Assembly: GCF_004010195.1 (NCBI RefSeq)
Contig: NC_057719.1
Span: forward strand, 89,403,403-89,467,402
Length of the DNA stretch: 64,000 bases
Origin: Chiloscyllium plagiosum
Lineage: Eukaryota
Direction of reading: 5' to 3'
Shown here: positions 52,051-64,000 of the stretch, piece by piece
Layout: each line of letters begins with the position of its first letter
How positions within the stretch are numbered: the first letter of the stretch is position 1
Program-made: the position numbers and the translations under genes
The notes under the pieces: model-generated
Told to the model about the DNA's origin: nothing
Databases searched by the model: none
What the model saw: only the letters and a program-made list of their open reading frames with translations

Positions 52051-52429
52051 AAGTAGCGGTGACTGCTGGTGAAGAAGGTGAAATGGCTGCTGTGACATTG
52101 ACAGGATTGCCTACTTCTGTTCCACATTCACTTCCTTTCAGTTAGAGTTTACCCATGGCCTGAGTGGCCTGTGTGCTGGTTCAGAGCTACAGATTCCACT
52201 GAATACATATATACAACACATGATGTTACAACCTTCGCCAATGAGAGCAGTACAAAGCAGTGGGCATTTAAGAGGAGGGCAGGTTGTGGTTTCAGGGATC
52301 CCACTCAGAAACAAAAATCCACAAGTGATATTGCTGGGAAGCATGCAAAAATGACCGTAAGCTTCCAACACACCATCATGATCCCTGGCCTATATTTCTC
52401 GCTTGGACTTGTTACATTGCTCCAGTGAT

Positions 52430-52830
52430 GTTGATTGTAAGCTGAAAGAACAGCAATTCATTTTCCACTTGGGGATCCCGCATCCTTCAGGACTCAATAT
52501 CGAGTTCAATAATTTTAGGACCTGAACACATTTTTCTGTGTCCTTTACACACTCCAACAGCCTGTCATGACATGGATTGTTTTCAGAACAGCCAACCCAT
52601 TTTAATCTACTAATGGTTCTTATTATCAGCTTTTCTTTATCCCTGGCTTACCATTTTGCATCCCTTTGTCTGTCTGCCTCTCTCCCCCTTTCTGGGCTCC
52701 ATCACCATCTCTCGCACTCCTTTCCTCCCCATCCTCTGTCTTTTGTACATGTACCACCTTTTCCTAGCTACTATCAATTCTGAAGAAGGATCACTGGACC
52801 TGAAACATTAATGCAGTTCTCTCTCCATAG
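52430..52830 (+). mobile_element. PLE family C 3' end (GIY-YIG C-terminus, UTR and decayed hammerhead at 52780-52809)
   Basis: KLKEQQFIFHLGIPHPSGLNIEFNNF resembles the PLE terminus EQ..IF.LGTL.P.GLN. Confidence 0.8.
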
Positions 52831-55800
52831 AGGCTCCAGGGGTAGGCAATGGAACTCTGGCACATTGTCTGTCCCTGCTGCTCAGAAGGGAAGGGAGAAG
52901 AGGAGCAGAACATTTGTCATTGGGAACTCCATAGTTAGGAGGATAAATAGGAGGCTCTGTGGGAATGAGAGAGACTCACAGTTGGTGTGTTGCCTCCTAG
53001 GTGCCAGGGTTCATGATAGACAGGATAGATTGAGTGAATCCTTAGAAGAGTACAAAGGCAGGTGGAATATACTTAATAGGGAAATCAGAAGGGCAAAAAG
53101 GGAACATTATATAGATTTGGCATATAGAGTTATGGAGAATCCAAAAGGTTTTTACAAATAAATTAAAGACAAAAGTGTAACTAGAGAGAATAGGGCCCCT
53201 AAAAAAAAAAATCAGCTAGGCGGCCTTTGTGTGGAGCCGCAGGAATTGGGAGAGACACTAAATTTTGCATCAGTATTTACTGTGGAAAAAGACATGGAAG
53301 ATATAGAATGTAGGGAAATAGATGGTGACATCTTGAAAAATATCTATATTACAGGAGGAGGAAGTGCTTGATGTCTTGAAGTGCATAAAAGTGGATAAAA
53401 CCCCAGAACCTGATCAGGTGTACCCTCGAACTCTGTGGGAAACTAGAGAAGTGATTGCTGGGTCTCTTGCTGAGATATTGGTATCATTTGTAGTCATAGG
53501 TGAGGTGCCAGAAGACTGGAGGTTGGTTAATGTGGTGCCACTGTTTAAGAAAGATGGTAAGGATAAGCCAGGGAACTATAGACCAGTGAGCTTGACTTCG
53601 GTGGTGGACAAGTTGTTGGAGGGAATCCTGAGGGACAGGATGTACATGTATGGCAAGGACTGATTAGGGATAGTCAACATGGCTTTGTGCGTGGGAAATC
53701 ATGTCCCACAAACTTGATTTGAGTTTTTTTGAAGAAATCACAAAGAGGAATGAGGAGGTCAGAGGGGTGGACGTGATCTATATGGACTTCAGTAAGGCGT
53801 TTGACAAGGTTCCCCACGGGAGACTGGTTAAGAAGGTTAGATCTCATAGAATACAGGGAGAACTGACCATTTGGATACAGAACTGGCTCAAAGGTAGAAG
53901 ACAGAGGGTGTGGTGGGGGGTTGTTTTTCAGACTGGAGGCCTGTGACCAATGGAGCGCCACAAAGGTCAGTACTGGGTCCACTACTTTTCATTATTTATA
54001 AAAAGGATTTGGATCTGAGCATAAGAGGTATAGTTAGTAAGTTTGCAGATGACACCAAAATTGGAGGTGTAGTGGACAGCGAAGAATGTTACCTCAGATT
54101 ACAATGGGATCTTGATCAGATGGACCAATGGGTTGAGTGATAGATGAAGTTTAATTCAGATAAATGCGAGGTGCTGCATTTTGAGAAAGCAAGTATTAGC
54201 AGGACTTATACACTTAATGGTAAGGTCCTAGGGAGTGTTGCTGAACAAAGAGACCTTGGAGTACAGGTTCATAGCTCCTTGAAAGTGGAGTCACTGGTAG
54301 ATAGGATAGTGAAGAAGGCATTTGGTATGCTTTCCTTTATTTATAAAATCATGAAGGGAATGGATAGGATAAATAGACAAATTGATTCCTGGGGTGAGGA
54401 AGTCCAGAACTAGAGGGCATCGGTTTAGGGTGAGAGGGGAAAGATATAAAAGAGACCTATGGGGCAACCTTTTCACACAGAGGGTGGTACGTGTATGGAA
54501 TGAGCTGTCAGAGAAAGTGGTGGAGGCTGGTACAATTGCAACATTTAAAGGCATTTGGATCGATATATGAATAGGAAGAGTTTGGAGGGATATGGGCCAG
54601 GTGCTGGCAGGTGGGTCTAGATTAGGTTGGAATATCTGGTCAGCATGGACAAGTTGGACCCAAGGATCTGTTTCTGTGCTGTACATCTCTATGACTATGT
54701 CTCTGATCGTTTTTTTCGGGATCCTTGAGGGGGAGGGGGAGCAGTCCCAAGTCGTGGTCCACATAGAGCATTCTGCTAATTCTCTTCAGGAAGATTTAAA
54801 CTAATTCAGTAGGGGAATGGGAACCTAAACTGTAGTTTCAGTATATAAGAGGTTGAGAATAGTGAGGTCAGAAATAAGGTTTCAAGGTTGCAAGAGGGCA
54901 CTGGCAAGCAAGACGTCGGTTTGAAGTGTGTCTACTTCAACGCCAGGAGCATCCGGAATAAGGTAGGTGAACTTGAAGCATGGGTTGGTACCTGGGACTT
55001 CAATATTGTGGCCATTTCGGAGACATGGGTAGAGCAGGGACAGGAATGGTTGTTGCAGTTTCCAGGATTTAGATGTTCAGTAAGAACAGACAAGATCGTA
55101 AAAGAGAGGGGAGGTGTGGCATTATTAATCAAGGACAGTATTATGATAGCAGAAAGGACATTTGAGGACTCGTCTTATGAGGTAGTATGCGCCAAGGTTT
55201 GAAACAGGAAAGGAGAGGAGAGGTCACCCTGTTGGGAGCTTTCTATAGGCCTCCGAATAGTTCCAAAGATAATTGTAGATAGGAGCGAGAGTGAGAGGGT
55301 AGTTGCTATGAGGGACTTTAATTTTACAAATATTGGCTGGGAATACTACAGTTCCAGTACTTTGGATGGGTCAGTTTTTGTTCAGGAGGGCTTCCTGGCA
55401 AAGGATGTAGATCAGATTAGATTAGATTACTTACAGTGTGGAAACAGGCCCTTCAGCACAACAAGTCCACAACGACCCACCAAAATGCAACCCACCCAGA
55501 CCCATTCCCCTACACTTACCCCGTCACCTAACACTATGGGCAATTTAGCATGGACAATTCACCTAACCTACACATTTTTGGATTGTGGGAGGAAACCGGA
55601 GCACCCAGAGGAAACCCATGCAGACACGGGGAGAATGTGCAAACTCCACACAGTCAGTCGCCTGAGGTGGGAATTGAATCCGGGTCTCTGGCGCTGTGAG
55701 GCAGCAGTGCTAACCACTGTGCCGCCCTTAGATAAGCCAACAAGGGGCGAGGTCAGATTACCCAGTACCAACTACAATGAACCAGGCCAGGTGCTAGATT

Positions 55801-56260
55801 TGGAGGTAGGTGAGCACTTTGGTGATAGTGACCACAATTCAGTTATGTTTACTTTAGCAATGGGAAGGGGTAGGTACATACCGCAGGGCAAGAGCTATAG
55901 CTGGGGGAAAGGCAATTTTGATGCAATTAGGCAAGGTTTAGGATGCATAGGATGGGAAGAAAACTGTAGGGGATGGGCACAATTGAAACATGGACCTTAT
56001 TCAAGGTACAGCCACTGCGTGTCCTTGATAAATATGTACTTGTCAGGCAGGGAGGAAGTGGTCATGGGAGGGAGCTGTGTTTTACTAAAGACGTTGAATC
56101 TCTTGTCAAGAGAGGAAGAAGGTGGCTTATGTTAGGATGAGACGTGAAGGCTCAGTTAGGGTGCTTAAAGAGTTACAAGCCAGCCTGGAAAAACCTCGAG
56201 AGAGAGTGAAGAAGAGCCAAGAGAGGACATGAGATGTCATTGGCAGATAGGATCAAGGAA
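52830..56260 (+). mobile_element. CR1 (ORF1 plus EN) with a second CR1 (~53020-54700) and an HE1 SINE (55413-55727, minus) nested inside
   Basis: VIGNSIVR..VCCLLGARV (ORF1) resumes at ~54700. CVYFNARSIRNK marks the EN. SINE TSD TAGAT. Confidence 0.9.
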
Positions 56261-56959
56261 ACCCAGAGAGTAGTAGAGGCGTGGAACTGCCTGCTGCAAC
56301 AGTAGGAGACTCGCCAACTTTAAGGGCATTTAAATTGGATAGACATATGGATGAAAATGGAATAGTGTAGATGGGCTTCAGATTGTTGCGCTGACCTGTG
56401 AAACCATCAAGGGGCGAAGGTCCTGTACTGCGCTGTCGTGTTTTATGTTGCTAAAATTGCTAAGTTTCTCCAGCAATTTCTGTTTTTGTTTCTGCCTCTG
56501 CGACAGTTGTTTGCATTCATTAATGAAATATAGTTCAGTATTTTGTTCATCGTCAATTTTTTTTTTTGTTTTTACAGCTCCTGCCCACCCTGACTTCCCA
56601 TTCTAATAGTGCCTGACCCATCACTCTTATCCGCAACAGCCCGTGGGTAGATTGTCTCACACTCGAGATGGTCATTTGTATGGCACAAATCTTACTAGCC
56701 ACTTGTCAGCCCAAGCCTAGATATTGTGCAGATCTTGTTGCAGTTGAACATTGACTGCTTCAGTCTCCAAGGAATCGCACGTGGTGTTGAACCTTGTTTG
56801 CTAATGATTACACATTCCTACTATCTTATGCTGGAATGATGAAACAGCTGAAGATGGTTGGGCTGAGGACACTTCCCTGAAAAATGCCTACAGAGATAAC
56901 AGAGCTGAAGTGACTAACCTCCATAACCACGACCATCATCTGATGGTGTAGAACATTAT

Positions 56960-58038
56960 AGCGCATTACACGCCCTTTGGCCCTTGATGTTGCGCCAACC
57001 TGTGAAATTAATCTGATGCCTATCTAACCTACACTGCTCCATTATTATCCATATGTATGTCCAATGCCAGTTGAAATGCCCCTAATGCCGTTCCAAATCC
57101 CAACTACTCTGAGTAAAGAAACTGCTCTTAATATCTGTCCTAAATCTATCACTCCTCAAGTTAAAGTTGTGTCCCCTCGTGTTAGCCTTCACCATCCAAG
57201 GAAAAAGACTCTCACTGTCCACCTTATCTAACCATCTGATTTTTTAATACGTCTCAATTAAATCACATCTCAACTTCCTTCTCTTCAATGAAAACACCTC
57301 AGTTCCCTCAGCCTTTCTTTCTAAGGCCTTCCTTCCATCCCAGGCAACATCCTAATAAATCTCCTCTGAACCCTTTCCAAAGCTTCCATATCCTTCCAAT
57401 ATAACGGTGACCAGAACTGTACACAATACTCCAGGTGTGGTCTTACCAGTGTCTTGTACAGCTGAAGCATGACCTCGTGGCTCCAAAACTCAATCCCCCT
57501 ACCAACAAACGCCAACACACCATATGCCTTCTTAACAACCCTATCAACCTGGGTGGCAACTTTCAGGGATTAATGCTCCTGGACACAGAGAGCTCTGTTC
57601 ATCTACACTGGCAAGAATTTTACCATTAGCCCAGTACTCTGCACTCCTGTTACTTCTTCCAAAGTGAACTACCTCACACTTTTCTGCATTAACCTCCATT
57701 TGCCACTTCTCAGCCCAGCTGTACATCTTATCTACGTCCCTCTGTAACCCACAACATCCTTCGACAATGTCCACAACTCTGCCTACCTTAGTGTCATCTG
57801 CAAATTTACTAACCCATCCTTCTATGCCCACCTCCAGATCATTTACATAAATGACAAACAGCAGTGGCCCCAAAATAGATCCTTATGGTACACCTTTAAC
57901 TGAGTTCCAGGATGAACATTTCCCATCAATCGCCATGCTCGGTCTTCTTGCAGCTAGCCAATTTCTGATCCAAACCGCTAAATCACCTTCAATCCCAAAA
58001 CTCCTTATTTTGTGCAATAGCCTACTTTGTGGAACCTT
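56960..58038 (-). mobile_element. CR1 LINE, 5'-truncated
   Basis: GPLLFVIYVNDL, SKFADDTKVG and LVRPHLEYCVQFW. Confidence 0.9.
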
Positions 58039-59300
58039 GCCTTTATTGACCTCACAAAGACATTCGATTCTATCAGTGACACATTGCTTATCAAGGTACT
58101 GCACTGGGCCAGCCTCCCTGGAAATTCTACACTGCTGACTGAAGACCTGTACACAAATCATCCAACAGTGGTAAAAAGCAACTGGTCAAAAACCAGCCTA
58201 ATAAAAATATAGAGCGAAGGAAGTCAGACAGGGCAATCCTCTATCTCCAATACTTTTCAACACTGTATTGGGTAGATTAGCATGTGCCCTGGAAAAGATA
58301 GACTTAGGTGTCTTCATGGCATTGAACAATCCAAGATTTAACTTCTCTGCTCTGGCCTTTGCAGATAATTACAGCCCTTTTAAAGGGTGGTAATCACATG
58401 CTGGATCAATGTTTATGCATTAACACAGTATTTATAACAAATATCGCAAAGACTGCACCTTTCACTTCACCTCCCAGCCTTTCTATATAATCTTGAAGAG
58501 AAATAAACATTAAAGGGAAACATGATTTCATACATGGAGAGATAGAATGGTAACTAGGTGTACATATAGATCCATGGACATGTGCAGCAGAGGGTGAATA
58601 GTGTGGGTGGGGTGGAAAAGGGGGAAGAAGCTGAAGAACTGTGTCTCCAATCTGCCTAACATCTGCTCTCCAATTGACGTAAAAAGTTGAGATCTTGAGG
58701 ACACGTGGAACATTGAACAGTACAGCATCGTACAGGCCCGTTGGCCCTCAAATGTTGTGCCGACCTTTTATCCTCAAAGATCAAACTAACCTACATACCC
58801 TTCATTGTACTATCTTCCATGTGCCTATCCAACATATCATTCCCAGGTTGATCCAGACAGAAACATCTCAGAACAGCTTTTGCAGACTTGATTACATGAT
58901 CCAGAATGCAACTAAGCAGTTCCTAAATCTCTGCAACAAACAATCAATGCCCTATAACTCTTATACTCTAAGAATAGAGATGGTGAGCTTGACATGCCAA
59001 CACTCAAGATGCAGATCCCGGCTGCATTTATTCAGAAATGGAAAACACTTGAGACATTTAAAGGTCGCTGTGATTCAAGTCTTATGTCAATTCTGTGGGA
59101 AAACTAACACTGATATCATAAAAGGACTCTGTGAGCTCAATGTCCGAAAGAAAACTGAGATCTTCCGACAGAATGAATAGCATATCACACCGAAAGCAAA
59201 AAAAGTGTCCATGGTTCACCTAGATTCTTAACACAAACTAACAGCAGAAATGCCAGAGAATAATTACTTAGAGTGGAGAGAGTGGGAACTCACTATATGG
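58036..59300 (+). mobile_element. Decayed R2-clade (RLE) non-LTR retrotransposon fragment
   Basis: In order: AFIDLTKTFDS, VRQGNPLSPILFN, SALAFADN, LGVHIDPW, KVEILRT/IIPRLI, LDYMIQNATKQFLNL, LLYSKNRDGELDM. A CR1 tail is inserted at ~58709-58831. Confidence 0.75.
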
Positions 59301-59478
59301 CTCTGGAATAAGATGCTATTAAAATAATAGGGTCTCCAATACCTGGATAAAATTAGCATGTAACACCAAGTCATCTTGACTGATTAACAGCTTTCTACTA
59401 AGCTGCAATCTGTACCCAACTTGGACTAACACAAGGTAATTAAGACTTAAAGCATGGTAATAGACCCTTTGATCCAAC

Positions 59479-59848
59479 TAGAGCAGTGGATGTGGTGTAC
59501 ATGGATTTTAGCAAGGCGTTTGATAAAGTTCCCCACAGTAGACTCATTCAGAAAGTAAGGAGGCAGGAGATACAGGGATATTTGGTGGTCTGGATACAGA
59601 ATCGGCTGGCCCATGGAAGACAGAGGGTGGTAGTAGATGGAAAGTATTCAGCCTGTAGCTCGTGACCAGTGGTGATCCACAGGGATCTGTTCTGGGACCT
59701 CTGCTCTTTGTGATTTTTATAAATGACTTCAACGAGTAAGTGGGAGGGTGGGTTAGTATGTTTGCCGATGAAATGAAGGTTGGTGTAGTGGTGGATAGTG
59801 TGAAGGGTTGTTGTAGGTTGCAACGAGACATTGACAGGATGCAGAACT
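59479..59848 (+). mobile_element. CR1 RT fragment, followed by a PLE fold-back (~59849-60050)
   Basis: [17 protein letters not shown] and QGSVLGPLL. Confidence 0.9.
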
Positions 59849-60049
59849 GTAGAGAGTATTGCGCTGGAAAAGCACAGCCGGTCAGGCAGCATCCAAAGAG
59901 CAGGAGAATCGAGGTTTCAAGCACAAGTTCTTCATCAGGAATTCAACGAGCTTATGCTCGAAACCTCGATTTTCCTGCTGCTTGGATGCTGCCTGACTGG
60001 CTGTGCTTTCTCAGCACCACACTCCTCGACTCTGATCTCCAGTATCTGC

Positions 60050-63000
60050 ACAGAACATAGAACATTATAGCACAGTACAGGACCTTCAGCCTCATTGTGG
60101 TGCTGACCTGTGGAACCAATCTGAAGCCCATCTATTCTACACTATTCCCTTGGTGAGTCTACTATTGTTGCAGGTAGGGCGTTCCATACCCCTACTACTC
60201 CCAGAGTAAAGACACTACCTCTGACATCTGTCCTATATCTATCACCCGTCAACTTATAGCTATTTCCCCTAATGCTAATTCACCATCTGGGAAAAAAAGG
60301 CTCTCACTGTCTACTCTATCTAACATGTCTCAAATAAGTCATCTCTCAACCTTCTTTTTGCTAATGAAAACAGCCTTGAGTCCCTCAGCCTTTCCTCATA
60401 AGACCTTCCCTCCATACCAGACAACATACTAGTAAATCTCCTCTGAACCCTTTCCAAAGCTTAGGCACCGTGTGTCTTCTTAACAATCCTTTCAACTTTC
60501 AGGGATCTATGTACATGAACACAGAAATCTCTCTGCTAATCTACACTGCCAAGAATCTTACCATTAGCCCAGTACTCTTTATTCCTTCCAAAGTGAATCA
60601 CCTCACACTTTTCTGCATTATACTCCATTTGCCACCTCTCAGCTCAGCTCTGCAGTTTATCTATGTTCCTCTGTAACCTGCAACATCCTTCAGCACTATC
60701 CACAACTCCACCAACCTGTGTCATTCACAAATTTACTAACCCATCCTTCTACACCCTCATCTAGGTCATTTATAAAAATGGCAAACAGCAGTGGCCCCAA
60801 AACAGATCCTTGAGGTACACCACTAGTAACTGAACTCCAGGATGAATATTTCCCATCAACCACCACCCTCTGTCTTCTTTCAGCTCTCCAATTTCTGATC
60901 CAAACTGTTAAATCACCCTCAATCCCATGCTTCTGTATTTTGTGCAATAGCCTACTATGGAGAACCTTATCAAATGCCTTACTGAAATCCACATACACCA
61001 CATCAACCGCTTTACCCTCATCCACCTGTTTGGTCACCTTCTCACAGAACTCAGTAAAGGTTTGTGAAGCACAACCTACCCTTCACAAAACCGTGTTGAC
61101 TATCCCTAATCAACTTATTCTTCTCCACATGATTATAAATTCTCATTCGCTCTCTCATATAACATTTTCCAATGCTTTAACCACAACCAAAGTAAGGCTC
61201 ACTGGTCTATGATTCTCTCTACTCCCCTTCTTGAAGAAGGGAACAACATTTGCTATCCTCCAGTCTTCTGGCACTATTCCTGTCAATAATGATGACATAA
61301 AGATCAAAGCCAAAGGCTCTGCAATCTCCTCCCTGGCTTCCCAGAGAATCCTAGGATAAATCCCAACCGACCCAGTTAGGATTTTTTTTTTTTTTTAAAC
61401 ACTTTCCAGAATTGCTAACACCTCCTCCTTGTGAACCTCAATCCTGTCTAGTCTAGTAGCCCGTATCTCTGTATTCTCCTCGACAACATTTTCTTTTTCC
61501 AGTGTGAATACTGACGAAAAATATTCATTTAGCGCTTCCCCATCTCCTCATACTCCACGCACAGCTTCCCACTACTATTCTTGATTTGCGCTCATCTTTC
61601 TCTAGTCATTCTTTTATTCCTGATACACCTATAGAATGCTTTAGGGTTTTCCTTGATCTTACCTGGCAACAACTTGTCATGTGCCCTCCTGGTTCTTCTT
61701 AGCTCTCTCTTTACGCCTTTCCTGGCTAACTTGTAACTCTCAAGTGCCCTAACTGAGCCTTCATGTCTCATCCTAACATAACTCTCCTTCTTCCTCTTGA
61801 CAAAAGACTCCACCTCCCTTGTTCGACCACTTCCTCCCTGCCTGACAGGTACATACGTATTCAAGGAACAGCTACTGCGTGCCAATGATAAGCTCCACAT
61901 TTCAATTGTGCCCATTCCCTGCAGTTTCCTTCCCCAAGCATTGGAAAATGTTATATGAGAGAGCGAATGAGAATTTATAATCATGTGGAGAAGAATAAGT
62001 TGATTAGGTTCCTGAAGAAGGGCTTATGCCCGAAACGTCGATTCTCCTGTTCCCTGGATGCTGCCTGACCTGCTGCGCTTTTCCAGCAACACATTTCCAG
62101 CTTCCCCAACCCTAAGCATCCTAAGTCCTGCCTAATCGCATCAGAATTGCCTTTCCCCCAGCTATAACTCTTGCCCTGCAGTATGTACCTATCCCTTTCC
62201 ATTGCTAAAGTAAACGTAACTGAATGATGGTCGCTCGCACCAAAGTGCTCACCTACCTCCAAATCTAAACCTGACCTGGTTCAATACCCAGTGCCAAATC
62301 CAATTGGCCTCACCCCTTGATGGCCTGCCTACATACTATCTTCGAGGGGAAAGTGAGGACTGCAGATGCTGGAGATCAGAGCTGAAAATGAAGAAGGGCT
62401 CATGCCCGAAACGTTGATTCTCCTGCTCCTTGGATGCTGCCTGACCTGCTGCGCTTTTCCAGCAACATATTTTCAGCGCTGCTTACGTACTATGTCAGAA
62501 AACCCTCTTGCATATATTGGACAAAAACTGACCCATCAAAAGTACTTAAACTATAGTATTTCCAGTCAATATTTGAAAAGTTAAAGTCCTGCATGATAAT
62601 TACTCTGTTACTCTTGTTCCTATTCAGAATCATCTCTGCTATCCTTTCCTCTGCGTCCCTGGAACTATTCGGACGCCTACAGAAAACTTCCAACAGGGTG
62701 ACCTCTCTTTTCCTGTTTCTAACCGGTTTCAGCCCATACTACCTCAGTAGGTGAGTCCTCAAACATCCTTTTTGTCACTGTAATACTGTCATTGACTAAC
62801 AATGCCACACTTCCCTCTCTTTTACCATCTTCACTGTTCTTACCGAACATCTAAATCCTGGAGCCTGCATTAACCATTCCTGTCCCTGCTCGATCAATGT
62901 CTCCAAAATGGCCACAATTTCGAAGTCCCAGGTACAAACCCATGCTGCAAATTCACCCACCTTATTCCGGATGCTCCTGGCATTGATGTAGACACATTTC

Positions 63001-63150
63001 AAACCACCTTCCTGCTTGCTGGTGCACTCTTGCTACCTTGAAACCTTATTTCTGACTTCATTACTCTCAACCTCCTGGACACTGGAACTACAACTTAGGT
63101 TCCCATCCCCCACTGAATTAGTTTAAGCCTTCATGAATAACATTAGCAAA
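60050..63150 (-). mobile_element. CR1 LINE (EN plus RT) with PLE insertions at 61938-62100 and ~62340-62480
   Basis: [23 protein letters not shown] and [10 protein letters not shown]. Confidence 0.9.
62012..62039 (+). ncRNA. Minimal hammerhead ribozyme core (PLE family A)
   Basis: CUGAAGA-A-GGGC(UUAU)GCCC-GAAA-CG-UC. Confidence 0.7.
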
Positions 63151-63177
63151 ATGAATCTGCAGTGCTCACTCTCTTCC

Positions 63178-64000
63178 AGGATGCAGAATTGGGCTGGTAA
63201 GGGGCAGATGGAGTTCAACCTGGAAAAGTGTGAAGTGATTCATTTCTGAAGGTCAAATTTGAATGCAGATTACAGGGTTAAAGGCAGGATTCTTGGCAGT
63301 GTGGAGGAACAGAGGGATCTTGGGGTCCATGTCCATAGATCCCTCAAAATCGCCACCCAAGTTGGTAAGGTAGTTAAGGCGGTAGTTAAACTCAATCTCC
63401 CTTCTAAGGGTGTGTTGGCTTCCCTTAGGAGGTGGATTGAGTTTAAGAGCTGCGAAGTTATGCTGCAGCTCCACACAGCCCTAGTACGACCATGCTTAGA
63501 ATGAAGGGCTTATGCCAGAAACATCGATTCCCCAGCTCCTCAGATGCTGCCTGACCTGCTATGCTTTTCCAGTAACACACTCTCGACTCTGTTCTAAAGC
63601 ATCTGCAGTCCTCACTTTCACACACTTGGAATTTTGTGTTCAGTCCTGGTCACTCCATTATAGAAAGGATGTGGAAGCTTTAGAGAGGATGCAGAGGTGA
63701 TTTACCAGGATGTTGCCTGGACTGGAGAGCAGCTAAGGCTCTTCTCATTGGGTGACTTTTTAAGAGATGTACAATATGATGAGAGGCATAGATAGAGTGA
63801 ATAGTCAGACTTCTTCCCAGGGCAGAAATGGCTATCATGAAAGGGCATACTTTTAAGGTGATTAGAGGTAGGTTTAGTGGAGATGTCAGAGGAGGGTTCT
63901 TTACACAGGGAGTGGTAGGTGCATGGAATGCAGAGTCAGATACATTAGGGACATTTAAGCATCTCTTGGATCGGCACATGGATGATAGTATAATGAAGGG
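63178..64000 (+). mobile_element. CR1 3' fragment with a PLE insertion (~63500-63620)
   Basis: LGSVEEQRDLGVHVH and LERMQR. Confidence 0.9.

Noticed and set aside
55308..56135. Longest ORF in the window (275 aa)
   Set aside because: Chimeric read-through of CR1 endonuclease and an antisense HE1 SINE, not a gene.
56555..56650. Strong plus-strand acceptor (T-rich..TACAG) suggesting an exon
   Set aside because: No convincing donor or ORF, and it is embedded among LINE and PLE fragments.

Overview
Vertebrate genomic DNA, almost certainly a shark: it carries HE1-type V-SINEs and many HER1/CR1 LINEs. Nearly the whole window is nested transposable-element debris: many CR1 LINE fragments, about 11 HE1 SINEs, more than 20 short Penelope-like element (PLE) pseudo-LTR insertions from four sequence families, Tx1-clade 3' ends, a decayed RTE LINE, Gypsy solo LTRs, a near full-length Gmr1-like LTR retrotransposon (PR-IN-RT-RH order), a Tigger/pogo-like end, a Harbinger Myb remnant and a decayed R2-clade retrotransposon with no rDNA nearby. 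The only host-gene signal is a CpG-island promoter at ~15.0-15.6 kb, with a non-coding first exon and a candidate 44-nt second exon on the minus strand. No host coding exon could be identified. The main points of interest are: (1) Tx1-type insertions recurring at the same TATA-box site of a Gypsy LTR family; (2) minimal hammerhead-ribozyme cores with covarying stems in the PLE ends, many inserted as fold-back palindromes with TSDs; (3) an R2 relic outside rDNA; (4) a PLE insertion that captured a 73-bp inverted copy of sequence ~760 bp away. All calls were made by eye, and boundaries of decayed repeats are approximate.
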